Shown here one piece after another: positions 47,261 to 57,167 of a stretch of 64,000 nt of DNA. The stretch is from Bacteroidota bacterium (lineage in GTDB: Bacteria; Bacteroidota; Bacteroidia; Bacteroidales; JAAUTT01): positions 385,167-449,166 of the forward strand of contig JAUZOO010000002.1 of assembly GCA_030706405.1 (NCBI GenBank), in the 5' to 3' direction. Under the pieces are notes generated by a model that searched no databases, had not been told where the DNA came from, and worked only from the letters and a program-made list of their open reading frames with translations. The position numbers were made by a program, and so were the translations under genes. Position 1 is the stretch's first letter; every line of letters starts with the position of its first letter.

Positions 47261-48559
47261 ATGCGAAGCAATCAACCATTGGCCGACCGGATGCGGCCTA
47301 AATCGCTCGACGAATATATTGGTCAACGGCATCTTGTTGGCGAGAAAGCCATTTTGCGCAAGATGATCGACTCCGGCAATATTTCTTCTTTTATTCTTTG
47401 GGGGCCTCCAGGCGTAGGTAAAACTACCTTGGCGCAGATTATTGCCCAACAGCTAGACCGTCCGTTTTATAACCTGAGCGCTATAAATTCGGGAGTTAAG
47501 GACGTCCGGGAAACGATTGCCAATGCTAAGAGTACCCGCTTTTTCAACACCCCCTCTCCTATTTTGTTTATTGATGAAATACACCGTTTTAGCAAGTCAC
47601 AGCAGGATTCGCTTTTAGGCGCGGTAGAACAGGGTATAGTTACATTGATTGGCGCTACCACAGAAAACCCTTCGTTCGAGGTAATATCTCCGTTACTCTC
47701 CCGTTGCCAGGTATATACCCTGAAATCGCTGGATAAGGATGATTTAATTGATATTGTACAGCGCGCAATAAAAACCGATATTGAATATAAGCGGATTACT
47801 ATTGAAATCAAAGAATACGAAGCCCTGTTACGTTTATCCGGAGGCGATGCACGCCGGCTGCTCAATGTCCTCGAACTGGTAGTTAATACCGAATGGAACG
47901 GTATTGACCCTCTCCCTGCTCCTATTGAAATCACCAACGAAAAAGTGGTGGAGCGCATCCAGGAAAACATCGCTATGTACGATAAGGATGGCGAGATGCA
48001 CTACGACATCATTTCGGCATTTATCAAATCCATCCGCGGAAGCGACCCCAATGCAGCGGTTTACTACCTGGGGCGTATGCTGGCCGGAGGCGAAGATCCG
48101 CTGTTTATTGCCCGCCGATTAGTTATCTCAGCTTCGGAAGACATCGGGCTTGCCAATGCCAATGCCTTGTTAATGGCTACAAGTTGTTTTCAGGCGGTAC
48201 ACCAGATAGGGATGCCCGAGGCCCGAATTATCCTCTCGGAAGCAACCATTTATCTGGCTAACTCGCCCAAAAGCAACTCGGCTTATATGGCTATAAACGA
48301 AGCCCTGGATTTGGTTCAGAAAACCGGAGATTTGCCAATTCCGCTGCATCTTCGCAATGCTCCCACCAAGCTGATGAAAGAACTCGGCTACGGGAACAAT
48401 TATAAGTACGCACACGATTACGAAAATAATTTTGCCTACGACGAATTTCTTCCCGAAAAAATTGCCAATACCACATTCTATCAACCGCAGGAAAATGCCC
48501 GAGAAAAAGAATTTGTGGCGCGGCTTCACAATTTATGGAAAGGCAAGTACGGATATTAA
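47261..48559 (+). CDS. rarA: Replication-associated recombination protein A (RarA/MgsA AAA+ ATPase)
   Basis: 432 aa with PLADRMRP, GPPGVGKTT, FIDEIHRF, GDAR and the MgsA C-terminal YDIISAFIKSIRGSDPNAA. Confidence 0.9.
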   Translation: MRSNQPLADRMRPKSLDEYIGQRHLVGEKAILRKMIDSGNISSFILWGPPGVGKTTLAQIIAQQLDRPFYNLSAINSGVKDVRETIANAKSTRFFNTPSPILFIDEIHRFSKSQQDSLLGAVEQGIVTLIGATTENPSFEVISPLLSRCQVYTLKSLDKDDLIDIVQRAIKTDIEYKRITIEIKEYEALLRLSGGDARRLLNVLELVVNTEWNGIDPLPAPIEITNEKVVERIQENIAMYDKDGEMHYDIISAFIKSIRGSDPNAAVYYLGRMLAGGEDPLFIARRLVISASEDIGLANANALLMATSCFQAVHQIGMPEARIILSEATIYLANSPKSNSAYMAINEALDLVQKTGDLPIPLHLRNAPTKLMKELGYGNNYKYAHDYENNFAYDEFLPEKIANTTFYQPQENAREKEFVARLHNLWKGKYGY

Positions 48560-48682
48560 GAAATTTGTACTTTTGGCCGCGAAATCTTATCGGTTTCAGG
48601 TGTAGCAATTCAAGTTATTTTTTATACTTGTACCCTTGAAAAGCACATTTATCACTGGTACTAACCTAAACTGAAAATCTTA

Positions 48683-49504
48683 ATGTTAGAAACATTACCG
48701 TACATCAAGCATCTCGATTCGGGTAATTTTTTTTTAATCGGTGGGCCATGTGTGGTTGAGAGCGAAGAAAACTGCTTTGAAATTGCAGAACACTTATTAT
48801 CAATTACTAATGCCCTTAAAATTCCGTACATTTTTAAAGTTTCTTTTAAAAAAGCCAATCGTTCGAGGCTCGATTCCTTTACCGGTATCGGTGACGAAGC
48901 TGCGCTGAAAATTATTGCTAAAGTAAGAGAAACACTGAAAGTGCCGGTTGTAACCGACATTCACACCGAACAGGATGCGGCCATGGCAGCCCAATACGTT
49001 GACATTCTTCAAATTCCTGCATTCCTTTGTCGTCAGACCGATCTATTGGTGGCTGCCGGCAAAACAGGGAAAATGGTGAATATCAAGAAAGGACAATTCC
49101 TTGCCGCCGAATCGATGAAATTTGCCGCTGATAAAGTCGTACAGTCGGGCAATTCACAAGTTATGCTCACCGACCGCGGAACCATGTTCGGGTATCAGGA
49201 TATGATCGTTGATTTTCGGGGAATTACAGAAATGAAAAAGACCGGTTATCCCGTTATCCTCGATATCACCCACTCTCTGCAGCAACCCAATCAAAGTGGA
49301 GGTGTCAGCGGAGGCCTCCCCGAACTCATCGAAACCATTGCCAGGGCAGGAATAGCCGTAGGTGCCGACGGTATCTTTATGGAAACACATCCTAATCCGG
49401 CACAGGCAAAATCCGACGGAGCCAATATGCTCCCCTTAGCTCAGGTTGAACAGCTTTTGAAAAGACTGACAAAAATCAGGAATGTAATTAATGACTTTAA
49501 TTAA
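48683..49504 (+). CDS. kdsA: 3-deoxy-8-phosphooctulonate (KDO-8-P) synthase
   Basis: 273 aa with GPCVVES, FKVSFKKANRS, IPAFLCRQTDL, DITHSLQ and the C-terminal region DGANML. Confidence 0.92.
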   Translation: MLETLPYIKHLDSGNFFLIGGPCVVESEENCFEIAEHLLSITNALKIPYIFKVSFKKANRSRLDSFTGIGDEAALKIIAKVRETLKVPVVTDIHTEQDAAMAAQYVDILQIPAFLCRQTDLLVAAGKTGKMVNIKKGQFLAAESMKFAADKVVQSGNSQVMLTDRGTMFGYQDMIVDFRGITEMKKTGYPVILDITHSLQQPNQSGGVSGGLPELIETIARAGIAVGADGIFMETHPNPAQAKSDGANMLPLAQVEQLLKRLTKIRNVINDFN

Positions 49505-49653
49505 TTACATTAAAATCATTCATATATAATTTTTTAAAGAAGATTTAAATATTAGTTTTAGAAAAATTTTATTGATAAAAAAGATTTTCTGAGGATTATT
49601 ATTTAATTTTAAATACGTATTATTACACCGTTTAAAAATCACGATTTTTCACG

Positions 49654-49980
49654 ATGGAAAAGAAAAAATTAGTTGTTAGTTACAAGAATTGCACCGAGGA
49701 TGTTTTGGAGGCCATTAAAAAGAAGTACCCCAATGGCTATAACGATTATGTTATTAAAGTCCAGAAACCTAATAATGATTTCTTCTATGCAATTACCGTG
49801 GATACCGCGGATATTAGCTACCTGATTAAGGTTGACGTTAAGATTGATAATCTGACAGAGGAAGAGTTTGAAAAAGAGTTTGGTGATGACAGTAGTAGTT
49901 CGTCGTCGGATGATTCGTCATTCGGCAGAGAAGACGATAATATTGAAAATATTGAATCGTCTGATAGTTTTGATGAATAA
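49654..49980 (+). CDS. Hypothetical small protein with a Ser/Asp-rich acidic tail
   Basis: 108 aa with its own terminator downstream. No recognised motif. Confidence 0.5.
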   Translation: MEKKKLVVSYKNCTEDVLEAIKKKYPNGYNDYVIKVQKPNNDFFYAITVDTADISYLIKVDVKIDNLTEEEFEKEFGDDSSSSSSDDSSFGREDDNIENIESSDSFDE

Positions 49981-50002
49981 TATTAATAATCAATATTTTA
50001 AC

Positions 50003-50038
50003 AGAAAAGGGACTTTGCGAAGTCCCTTTTCTGTTTTT
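50003..50038. terminator. Bidirectional terminator between convergent genes
   Basis: Hairpin agaaaagggactt / aagtcccttttct. Confidence 0.6.
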
Positions 50039-50058
50039 ATTAACTAAATTACAATCTA

Positions 50059-50565
50059 TCAGATAAATTCTTTACGAAGCTGACTTGCCCATTGCTGTAC
50101 TCTTTCTTTATTAAGATGAGCTTGATTTTCAAAATCAATGGCTAAGCCCAAGAATTTATTATCGCGAACAGCTTTTGAGCTTTCAAAGCTGTAACCTTGG
50201 GTGGATGTTAGCCCCACAATAACCGCTCCCCTACTTTCCAGCAATTCAGCCATAATTCCTACAGCATCCAAAAAATTTTCGGGATATCCAACCTGGTCGC
50301 CCAATCCGAACAAGGCTATATATTTACCCTTTAGGTCCATATCCTCAATGGCAGGGCCAAATTCATCCCAATAATTGGGTAATTCTCCATCGAACCAAGT
50401 AGGAACACCCAGAATAAGGTTATCAAATGTAAGAAATTGTTTTTCGTTTACATTCTCAGCATTCAACGCCTCAAAGGATGTGTCTTTGAATTCTTCCTTA
50501 ATTCGTTCGGCAAGTTTTGCAGTTTTATGGCTATTGAAACTGTAGAATAATCCTATCTTCTTCAT
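50059..50565 (-). CDS. fldA: Long-chain flavodoxin
   Basis: 168 aa with the FMN-binding start GLFYSFNSHKTA and the region GVPTWFDGELP. Confidence 0.85.
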   Translation of the reverse strand: MKKIGLFYSFNSHKTAKLAERIKEEFKDTSFEALNAENVNEKQFLTFDNLILGVPTWFDGELPNYWDEFGPAIEDMDLKGKYIALFGLGDQVGYPENFLDAVGIMAELLESRGAVIVGLTSTQGYSFESSKAVRDNKFLGLAIDFENQAHLNKERVQQWASQLRKEFI

Positions 50566-50584
50566 ATTTTACAAAATAAGATGA

Positions 50585-52627
50585 TTAATAAGTTAATATT
50601 TCCCTTGCCGCTGCTAAGATCTTTTCGGTATTGGGCAGAATGGCAGCTTCCAATATTCGGTTGAAACCTACCGGAGTAAATGTTGATCCCACCCTTTTTA
50701 TTGGGGCATCGAGATACTCAAAAGCTTCGTTGGCAATAGTGGCGGCAATTTCGGCTCCGAAGCCGGAGAATACCTTGTCTTCGTGAACTATCAAAGCCCT
50801 ATTTGTCTTCTTAATGGATTCAAGAATAGTTTCTTTATCCAACGGAACAAGAGAGCGAATATCTACAACTTCAATATCCACATCTTCTTCTTCGTTTAGT
50901 TTTTTAGCGACTTCAAGGCACATGTGAGTTGTGTTGCCATATGTAATGATGGACAAGTCGGAACCTTCACGACGGATGCGAGCCTTGCCAAAAGGTACCT
51001 CAAAATCGTCGGGAATGGCAGTCATGGCTTCGGAGGCATTGTAAAGAGCTTTGGGCTCAAGAAATAACGTCAAGCCTTTGGAACGGATGCTGGTTCGCAA
51101 TAATCCGGCAGCATCGTCGGCAAACGAAGGGTAAACAATCCTTACCCCCGGCAACGAAGTAAGTGACGCCTCAATGGTTTGAGAATGATAAAGCCCACCA
51201 CCGATATACCCGCCCGAAGCCAGTCGAATAGTGACATTAGGTGCAAACTTGCCATTGGTACGCCAATAATCGTGCGTACTGAGTACAAACTGCTCCATGG
51301 CTGGCCAAAAATAATCTGCGAACTCGGCACCTTCAACTACTACTCGAATTTTATCGTTAAAACGTGTCATGCCGTTGGCTGTACCAAGGATAAAATCTTC
51401 GGCAATAGGCGCATTAAAAACACGTTCAATGCCAAACTCCTTCTGCATTCCTTTACTGACATTAAAAATGCCGCCTTTATCCTTATTTGCCATATCCTGT
51501 CCCCAGATGAAGGTGTCAGGATTATGACGGAATTCGGCTTTCAGAGTCTCGTTAAGCGCTTCAATAAGTTTCTTTGGTTCTCCCTGCTCATTATGAATGC
51601 CTTCGGGATATTTCACGGAAACATACGGATCGGGAATGACAAAATCGAAGATTGAAGTCGGGTCGGGATTTGGGGCGGCCAATGCCTTTTTGTGCGCATC
51701 CTTAACTTCCTGTTTTACCTGATCGTCAATTTGCTTTAGTTCTTCTTCTGTAAAACGGTTGTAACGAAGCAGTAACCGTCTATATTTAGCAAGCGGATCA
51801 TATTCGGCTGCATATCCTCGCTCGTAATCGTCGCGGTAAAGTTCATGCCGGTCAGAATTGGAATGAGAGTGCATCCGCACACAATTGGCCTGTACGATAG
51901 CCGGCATCTGATTTTCGATAACCCACTGTTTGGCTTCGACCATGGTAGTCATCGAATCAAAGACATCTTTACCGTTGCAATGAAATATTTTTAGATTTTT
52001 AAACCCTATAAAGTTGTCGGCTACTTTACGATTGGCTGTCTGATCTTTTTTAGGGACCGAAATTCCATAGCCATTATCCTGAAAAACAAATATCACCGGA
52101 AGTTCCTCTTTAGATGCACCGTTGATAGCCTCGTAAACATAGCCTTCGGAAACCGACGATTCGCCTTGTGAACTGATGGAAACCCCTTGATGATGATATT
52201 TTTTCATTGCCCGCCCTACCCCGGCAGCATGTAAGGTATGACTCCCGGTCGAGGATGAAACGTTATGAATATTCCACTCGGGTTTAGCCAGGTGATTTGA
52301 CATGTGACGGCCTCCGCCAGCAACATCGGTAGCTTTGGAAATACCGTTCAGGATAATCTCTTCGGCTGTAAGCCCTGCAGAAAGCGTAGTGAGCATATCG
52401 CGGTAATATGGAAACAGGTGATCGGTATTGCGATCGAAAACTTGTCCTATAGCAAGCTGAATACCATCGTGCCCCGCATAAGGCGCATGATATGACCATC
52501 CAATGGCCTGTCGCAAATAATTCGGGGCACGGTCATCCAGAGCCCGGCCTAACGTCAGCAAATGATACCATTTCCGTAAGGTTTCCTTATCGGTTTTCTT
52601 AATGCTGTATAATTTGTCGTTGTACAT
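50585..52627 (-). CDS. 2-oxoacid dehydrogenase E1 component, fused alpha/beta subunits (TPP-dependent)
   Basis: 680 aa. The N-half is E1-alpha-like (GEGYVYEA..VFQDNGYGIS). The C-half is a transketolase-like pyrimidine-binding and C-terminal domain. Confidence 0.85.
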   Translation of the reverse strand: MYNDKLYSIKKTDKETLRKWYHLLTLGRALDDRAPNYLRQAIGWSYHAPYAGHDGIQLAIGQVFDRNTDHLFPYYRDMLTTLSAGLTAEEIILNGISKATDVAGGGRHMSNHLAKPEWNIHNVSSSTGSHTLHAAGVGRAMKKYHHQGVSISSQGESSVSEGYVYEAINGASKEELPVIFVFQDNGYGISVPKKDQTANRKVADNFIGFKNLKIFHCNGKDVFDSMTTMVEAKQWVIENQMPAIVQANCVRMHSHSNSDRHELYRDDYERGYAAEYDPLAKYRRLLLRYNRFTEEELKQIDDQVKQEVKDAHKKALAAPNPDPTSIFDFVIPDPYVSVKYPEGIHNEQGEPKKLIEALNETLKAEFRHNPDTFIWGQDMANKDKGGIFNVSKGMQKEFGIERVFNAPIAEDFILGTANGMTRFNDKIRVVVEGAEFADYFWPAMEQFVLSTHDYWRTNGKFAPNVTIRLASGGYIGGGLYHSQTIEASLTSLPGVRIVYPSFADDAAGLLRTSIRSKGLTLFLEPKALYNASEAMTAIPDDFEVPFGKARIRREGSDLSIITYGNTTHMCLEVAKKLNEEEDVDIEVVDIRSLVPLDKETILESIKKTNRALIVHEDKVFSGFGAEIAATIANEAFEYLDAPIKRVGSTFTPVGFNRILEAAILPNTEKILAAAREILTY

Positions 52628-52684
52628 TTGTCCGTTTTATTACATTGTTTATACTTGATTGAATTTAAACAAGATGTAACTCAT

Positions 52685-53974
52685 TTAAATCTCCCGGTTA
52701 ATGTCGAATGCTTCAAGATAATCTGCCAGCCTGCGTGTAAATGCACCTCCCAAAGCCCCGTCAATTATCCGGTGGTCATATGTCAACGAAAGAAACATTT
52801 TATGACGGATGGCGATAACATCGCCGGTTGGGGTTTCGAGTACTGCCGGTTTCTTCTCGATGTTACCTGTACCGAGAACTGCGACCTGAGGCTGATTGAT
52901 GATTGGTGTACCAAACGAATTTTTAAACGAACCAAAATTTGAGATAGTAAATGTTCCGCCCTGAATATCGTCGGGACTCAATTTGTTATTCCGGGCAGCT
53001 TCGGCCACGCGGTTCAGTTCTTTGGCAAGTCCTACCAAATTGAGGTTATCGGCATTTTTTATCACTGGAACAATTAAATTACCGGTAGGCAAAGCAACGG
53101 CAACTCCCAGGTTTATATTCTTACGGAGAATGATGTTATACCCGTCAACCGAAGCATTAACCTGCGGAAAATCTTTTAGCGCACGAGCAATGACTTCGAG
53201 GAATACCGGCATGTAAGTAAGGTTAATTTTCTCGCGACGGAGAAATTCGTCTTTATGCTTGGTACGCCACAATACGAGGTTGGTAACATCGGCTTCCACA
53301 AAATTAGTGACGTGCGGCGCGGTATGTTTGGACATCACCATGTGATCGGCAATAATACGACGCATGCGATCCATTTCCACAATTTCATCGCCCGCGCTGA
53401 TAGATACTGGCGGCTTGGGCTTTTCAACATTCACCGGAGCTGCAACTGGCTCGGCGATTTTGGTTGTAGCCGGTTCTTTGATAACAGGAGCCGATTTTTC
53501 TTTAATATACTGAAGAATATCGTCTTTCGTCACCCTGTTATTCTCACCTGAACCGGGAATTGTTTCCAGTTCGTCTAACGAAATACTCTCCTGTTTGGCA
53601 ATATTTTTAACTAGCGGAGAATAAAAACGTCCGGAAGGTGACTGAAGCTTTTCCGGTTCCGAAGAAGTTGAAAATTCTTCTTTAATCGAAACGTTCGCAA
53701 CCTCTTTATTGCCTGATGCTGCAGGTTCTTCACCTTCAAGAGCAATTACGGCAATTACAGTACCAACGGGTACTACATCTCCTTCGTTAAAAAGAATTTT
53801 AGAGATTACCCCCTCTACGGGCGACGGAATTTCGGAATCTACCTTGTCGGTAGCAATTTCGAGCAGAACATCGTCTTCTTCAACCGGGTCTCCTACTTTC
53901 TTGAACCATTTAGTAATGGTTGCCTGGGTAATACTTTCGCCCATCTTGGGCATCACAATATCAAACTGCGACAT
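52685..53974 (-). CDS. 2-oxoacid dehydrogenase E2 component (dihydrolipoamide acyltransferase)
   Basis: 429 aa with a lipoyl domain (EIATDKVDSEIPSP), an E3/E1-binding domain (SPLVKNIAKQ), and a catalytic domain (DHRIIDG). Confidence 0.9.
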   Translation of the reverse strand: MSQFDIVMPKMGESITQATITKWFKKVGDPVEEDDVLLEIATDKVDSEIPSPVEGVISKILFNEGDVVPVGTVIAVIALEGEEPAASGNKEVANVSIKEEFSTSSEPEKLQSPSGRFYSPLVKNIAKQESISLDELETIPGSGENNRVTKDDILQYIKEKSAPVIKEPATTKIAEPVAAPVNVEKPKPPVSISAGDEIVEMDRMRRIIADHMVMSKHTAPHVTNFVEADVTNLVLWRTKHKDEFLRREKINLTYMPVFLEVIARALKDFPQVNASVDGYNIILRKNINLGVAVALPTGNLIVPVIKNADNLNLVGLAKELNRVAEAARNNKLSPDDIQGGTFTISNFGSFKNSFGTPIINQPQVAVLGTGNIEKKPAVLETPTGDVIAIRHKMFLSLTYDHRIIDGALGGAFTRRLADYLEAFDINREI

Positions 53975-54170
53975 AAAATTATGCTTTAAGTTATCGACGC
54001 ATTGTTTAGTAAACTTTACCTAATAAGCAATTTACGGAAAATTTTGTTCAAGTTGCGAGATAAATAATTATCATTTTCGAATTTTTACGTTATATAATTC
54101 AAAAATGAGAATTCCTGTAAACTTTATTGAAAAGCCGAGTGTTAATAAGAGATTCCAATACTTCAAAACG

Positions 54171-54650
54171 ATGAAAGCTATTGTATTGATATTATGTTTA
54201 CTAATTCCAGAACTAACATTTTGTCAGAAAAAAGCTAAAAATATGGAAACCAATAACAGCGAAAAGGTCATTAAAAGTAACGACGAATGGCGGAAGCAGC
54301 TTACCCCATTACAGTTTCACGTAACCCGCGAAAAAGGCACGGAACATCCATTTACCGGAGAATATGACAATTTTTTTAAAGAAGGGCATTACGTTTGTGT
54401 TTGTTGCGGAGCCACACTTTTCGATTCGAAACACAAATATAATTCGGGATGCGGATGGCCTGCGTTCAGCGATATAGTTTCCAATAAAAACATCAGACTT
54501 ACCACTGATAAAAGCTTTGGAATGACACGAACCGAGGTTACTTGTACGCGATGCGGTGCACATCTGGGACATGTATTTCCCGATGGGCCAAAACCCACGG
54601 GATTAAGGTATTGCATTAACTCGGCTGCAATAAAGTTTGTATCGAAATAA
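54171..54650 (+). CDS. msrB: Peptide-methionine (R)-S-oxide reductase MsrB with an N-terminal signal peptide
   Basis: SelR domain with two CXXC pairs (CVCC, CTRC) and the catalytic region GLRYCINS. Start chosen at MKAIVLILCLL (54171); the ORF is open from 54105. Confidence 0.85.
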   Translation: MKAIVLILCLLIPELTFCQKKAKNMETNNSEKVIKSNDEWRKQLTPLQFHVTREKGTEHPFTGEYDNFFKEGHYVCVCCGATLFDSKHKYNSGCGWPAFSDIVSNKNIRLTTDKSFGMTRTEVTCTRCGAHLGHVFPDGPKPTGLRYCINSAAIKFVSK

Positions 54651-54671
54651 AGGATTATCTAATTTAAATGC

Positions 54672-54720
54672 AAAGACGCGATAACGCAAAGTATTCATTC
54701 ATTTGCATTATCGCGTCTTT
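54672..54720. terminator. Long stem-loop between convergent msrB and the GT2 gene
   Basis: 13-bp perfect stem aaagacgcgataa / ttatcgcgtcttt with a ~23-nt loop. Confidence 0.5.
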
Positions 54721-54737
54721 ACGTTTATTATTTAAGC

Positions 54738-55484
54738 TTACTTCAGCTCGAATATCTTATATTTTGCAATTCCTACCTTTTGCAAAAAGTAGCTCACCGA
54801 AGTCTTTAATACTCCCAGACCGTAAATCGCACTACGCTTAAAATTAATAGACGAAGCTTCGTCGAAATATTTGGTAGGACAGGTTATTTCTGCAATTTCG
54901 TACCCCGCATAAAATATCTGAGCAATCATCTGATTGTCAAAAACAAAATCGTCGGAGTTAGCTTCGAAATCAATCCGTTTCAACACTTCTTTTGAAAATG
55001 CCCTGTAGCCGGTATGATATTCACTAAGCTTCTGATTCATTATCAGATTTTGGGTAAGAGTAAGAATCCTGTTCGCAATGTATTTATAAATAGGCATACC
55101 TCCTTTTAAGGCGCCTTTTCCTAAAATACGTGAGCCCAGAACCACCTGATAAACATCGTTGGCAATAAGATAGCTCATGGACTGAATCAGCTGCGGCGTG
55201 TATTGATAATCGGGATGAAGCATAATAACAATATCAGCATCAAGTTCGAGGGCTTTGGAATAACAGCTTTTCTGGTTTCCACCGTATCCCCGATTTTTTT
55301 TATGCTGAACAATGTGTTTGATACCCAGACTTCGGCCTACTTCAACGGTTTCGTCGTTACTTAAATCGTCCACTAAAATAACATGGTCTACAATATCAAA
55401 TGGAATTTCATTATAAGTCTTTTCTAGTGTTTTAGCCGCATTATAAGCCGGCAAAACCACGGCAATCGTCTTATTGTTAATCAT
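54738..55484 (-). CDS. Family 2 glycosyltransferase (polyprenyl-phosphate sugar synthase-like)
   Basis: 248 aa with the GT-A start VVLPAYNAA, then DDLSNDET and the DxD-like HPDYQY. Short, soluble and DPM1/ArnC-like. Confidence 0.8.
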   Translation of the reverse strand: MINNKTIAVVLPAYNAAKTLEKTYNEIPFDIVDHVILVDDLSNDETVEVGRSLGIKHIVQHKKNRGYGGNQKSCYSKALELDADIVIMLHPDYQYTPQLIQSMSYLIANDVYQVVLGSRILGKGALKGGMPIYKYIANRILTLTQNLIMNQKLSEYHTGYRAFSKEVLKRIDFEANSDDFVFDNQMIAQIFYAGYEIAEITCPTKYFDEASSINFKRSAIYGLGVLKTSVSYFLQKVGIAKYKIFELK

Positions 55485-55514
55485 CTAAAAAAAATTATAG
55501 TTTGGATTATATTA

Positions 55515-57167
55515 TTACTTATCAGAAATATCTCTTTTTACAAAGACGAAGCCATTTTTTTCATATAAAACTTTTAGCTGCGGATGCCTTTCGAGTTGCT
55601 CCTTTTTGCTGGTATTTTTCATGACAAAATAGGCGGGTTTATCAATTTCCCCTTCGAGCAGCCATTGCGAATCAGCCGATTTAGGATTTGACGAGGCCGG
55701 TTTTTGAACATAAAACAGATGAGCATAGCTTTTAAAGCCGAGCGTTTCCACGTAACAATCTTCGTTTTGTCGGTTTTGATAAAACTCTATGGCGGCACGT
55801 TGTGAATAGCCTTCGATACGTGGCGTGATAACGTATACCGTGGCATATGTAAACAACAGCGTACTGATCAAAACGGCCATAACCTGATTCTTTAGGTTTA
55901 GCCTGTGCGATGCAAATATCAGGGTTATAGCCACCACAAACAGTAATCCGATGAGAAATTCGTAACCTGTCCATGGCACGTTGGCCTGAAGATTTCCAAC
56001 GGCAAATTCATCTTTAATAATATCTAAGCCTATAATCTTCTCTTTATTCTCTACAATCAACTGTAGCCCAATAACAATAAGTCCCCAGAAAATAGCTACC
56101 GACAAAATAACGGCTTTCATCCACCGCGGCATTGAACGGTTTTGTTCCTGAAGTTTGAAAATTACATAGGCTCCCAAAAATGTCAGTGGAAAATAACACA
56201 TCGAAGAATAGTGTACAATTTTGGTTTTTACGATGGTAAAGAGGATGAGAACAGTCCAAAAAAGAATCATCATCCAGTTTTTGTACTCGTGGAGCTTTTC
56301 GCGGTCATCTTTGCGGTCGTGAACAAAACTACGCAACGCAAAAATAGAAGCAGGGAAAACTCCCAAAAACAGAACTACAAAATGGTATAGCAAAAAACCG
56401 CCATGGCCGGCATCCTTTGTTTGAAACAGGCGCACCTGATAGATGAAAAATTCCTTTAAAATATCAGTATGTCCAGTAACTATCAGGAGTATAAACCAAA
56501 ATCCGCCAACAGCAGCCAGAATACCAGTAAAGACAAGCACATGCAAAAGCTTTATCTTTACCTTAAACATCTTTATAATCAAATAAACACCATAAGTAAG
56601 CCCGAAAATAAGTAGTCCTACGGGACCTTTTGTAAGAATTGCCAATCCGATAAACAAGGCTGCAAGGGCGACGAAACGAATGCGTTCCTTTTCGACCGTA
56701 CTCAATGTAAAATTAAAGGCATAATTTATTCCTAAAAAGATAAACAGGTTGAACCAAGGATCGATAATTCCCGATTTGAAGTAGAAAAATGGAAGAAGAG
56801 AACAACCGTATACCATGGTCCAGAGCAGCCCAAAATTATTATTAAGGAGTTTTCTGCCCAAATTGAACAGTACTAAAAGAGAGGCTATACCACATATTGC
56901 ATTCGGAAATCTGGCCGCAAATTCATTGATGCCAAATACTTTCATTGACAAAACCTGCATCCATATAAATAAAGGAGGTTTTTCCCAAAAAGGCTGAAAA
57001 TTAATCTGTACGGTCAGGTAGTGTTTTGAAGCAATCATTTCGCGGGCTGCTTCTGCAAAATTTATCTCGTCCCAGTCAAACAGGTGAGCCTGGCCCAAAA
57101 ACGGAATAAACAGAATGGCCGCAATAATAGCAATGGAAAATTGTAAAAGCTTTGTCGAATCTTTCAT
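55515..57167 (-). CDS. ArnT/PMT-like (GT39/GT83-type) integral-membrane glycosyltransferase
   Basis: 550 aa with about 11-12 TM helices and an N-terminal loop (FDWDEINFAEAAREM, EKPPLFIWM) typical of polyprenyl-phosphate-dependent transferases. Confidence 0.75.
   Translation of the reverse strand: MKDSTKLLQFSIAIIAAILFIPFLGQAHLFDWDEINFAEAAREMIASKHYLTVQINFQPFWEKPPLFIWMQVLSMKVFGINEFAARFPNAICGIASLLVLFNLGRKLLNNNFGLLWTMVYGCSLLPFFYFKSGIIDPWFNLFIFLGINYAFNFTLSTVEKERIRFVALAALFIGLAILTKGPVGLLIFGLTYGVYLIIKMFKVKIKLLHVLVFTGILAAVGGFWFILLIVTGHTDILKEFFIYQVRLFQTKDAGHGGFLLYHFVVLFLGVFPASIFALRSFVHDRKDDREKLHEYKNWMMILFWTVLILFTIVKTKIVHYSSMCYFPLTFLGAYVIFKLQEQNRSMPRWMKAVILSVAIFWGLIVIGLQLIVENKEKIIGLDIIKDEFAVGNLQANVPWTGYEFLIGLLFVVAITLIFASHRLNLKNQVMAVLISTLLFTYATVYVITPRIEGYSQRAAIEFYQNRQNEDCYVETLGFKSYAHLFYVQKPASSNPKSADSQWLLEGEIDKPAYFVMKNTSKKEQLERHPQLKVLYEKNGFVFVKRDISDK

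Noticed and set aside
47467-47970. 167-aa minus-strand ORF inside rarA, and a similar antisense ORF inside the E1 gene (51179..51655).
   Set aside because: These are shadow ORFs opposite well-supported genes, with no motifs.
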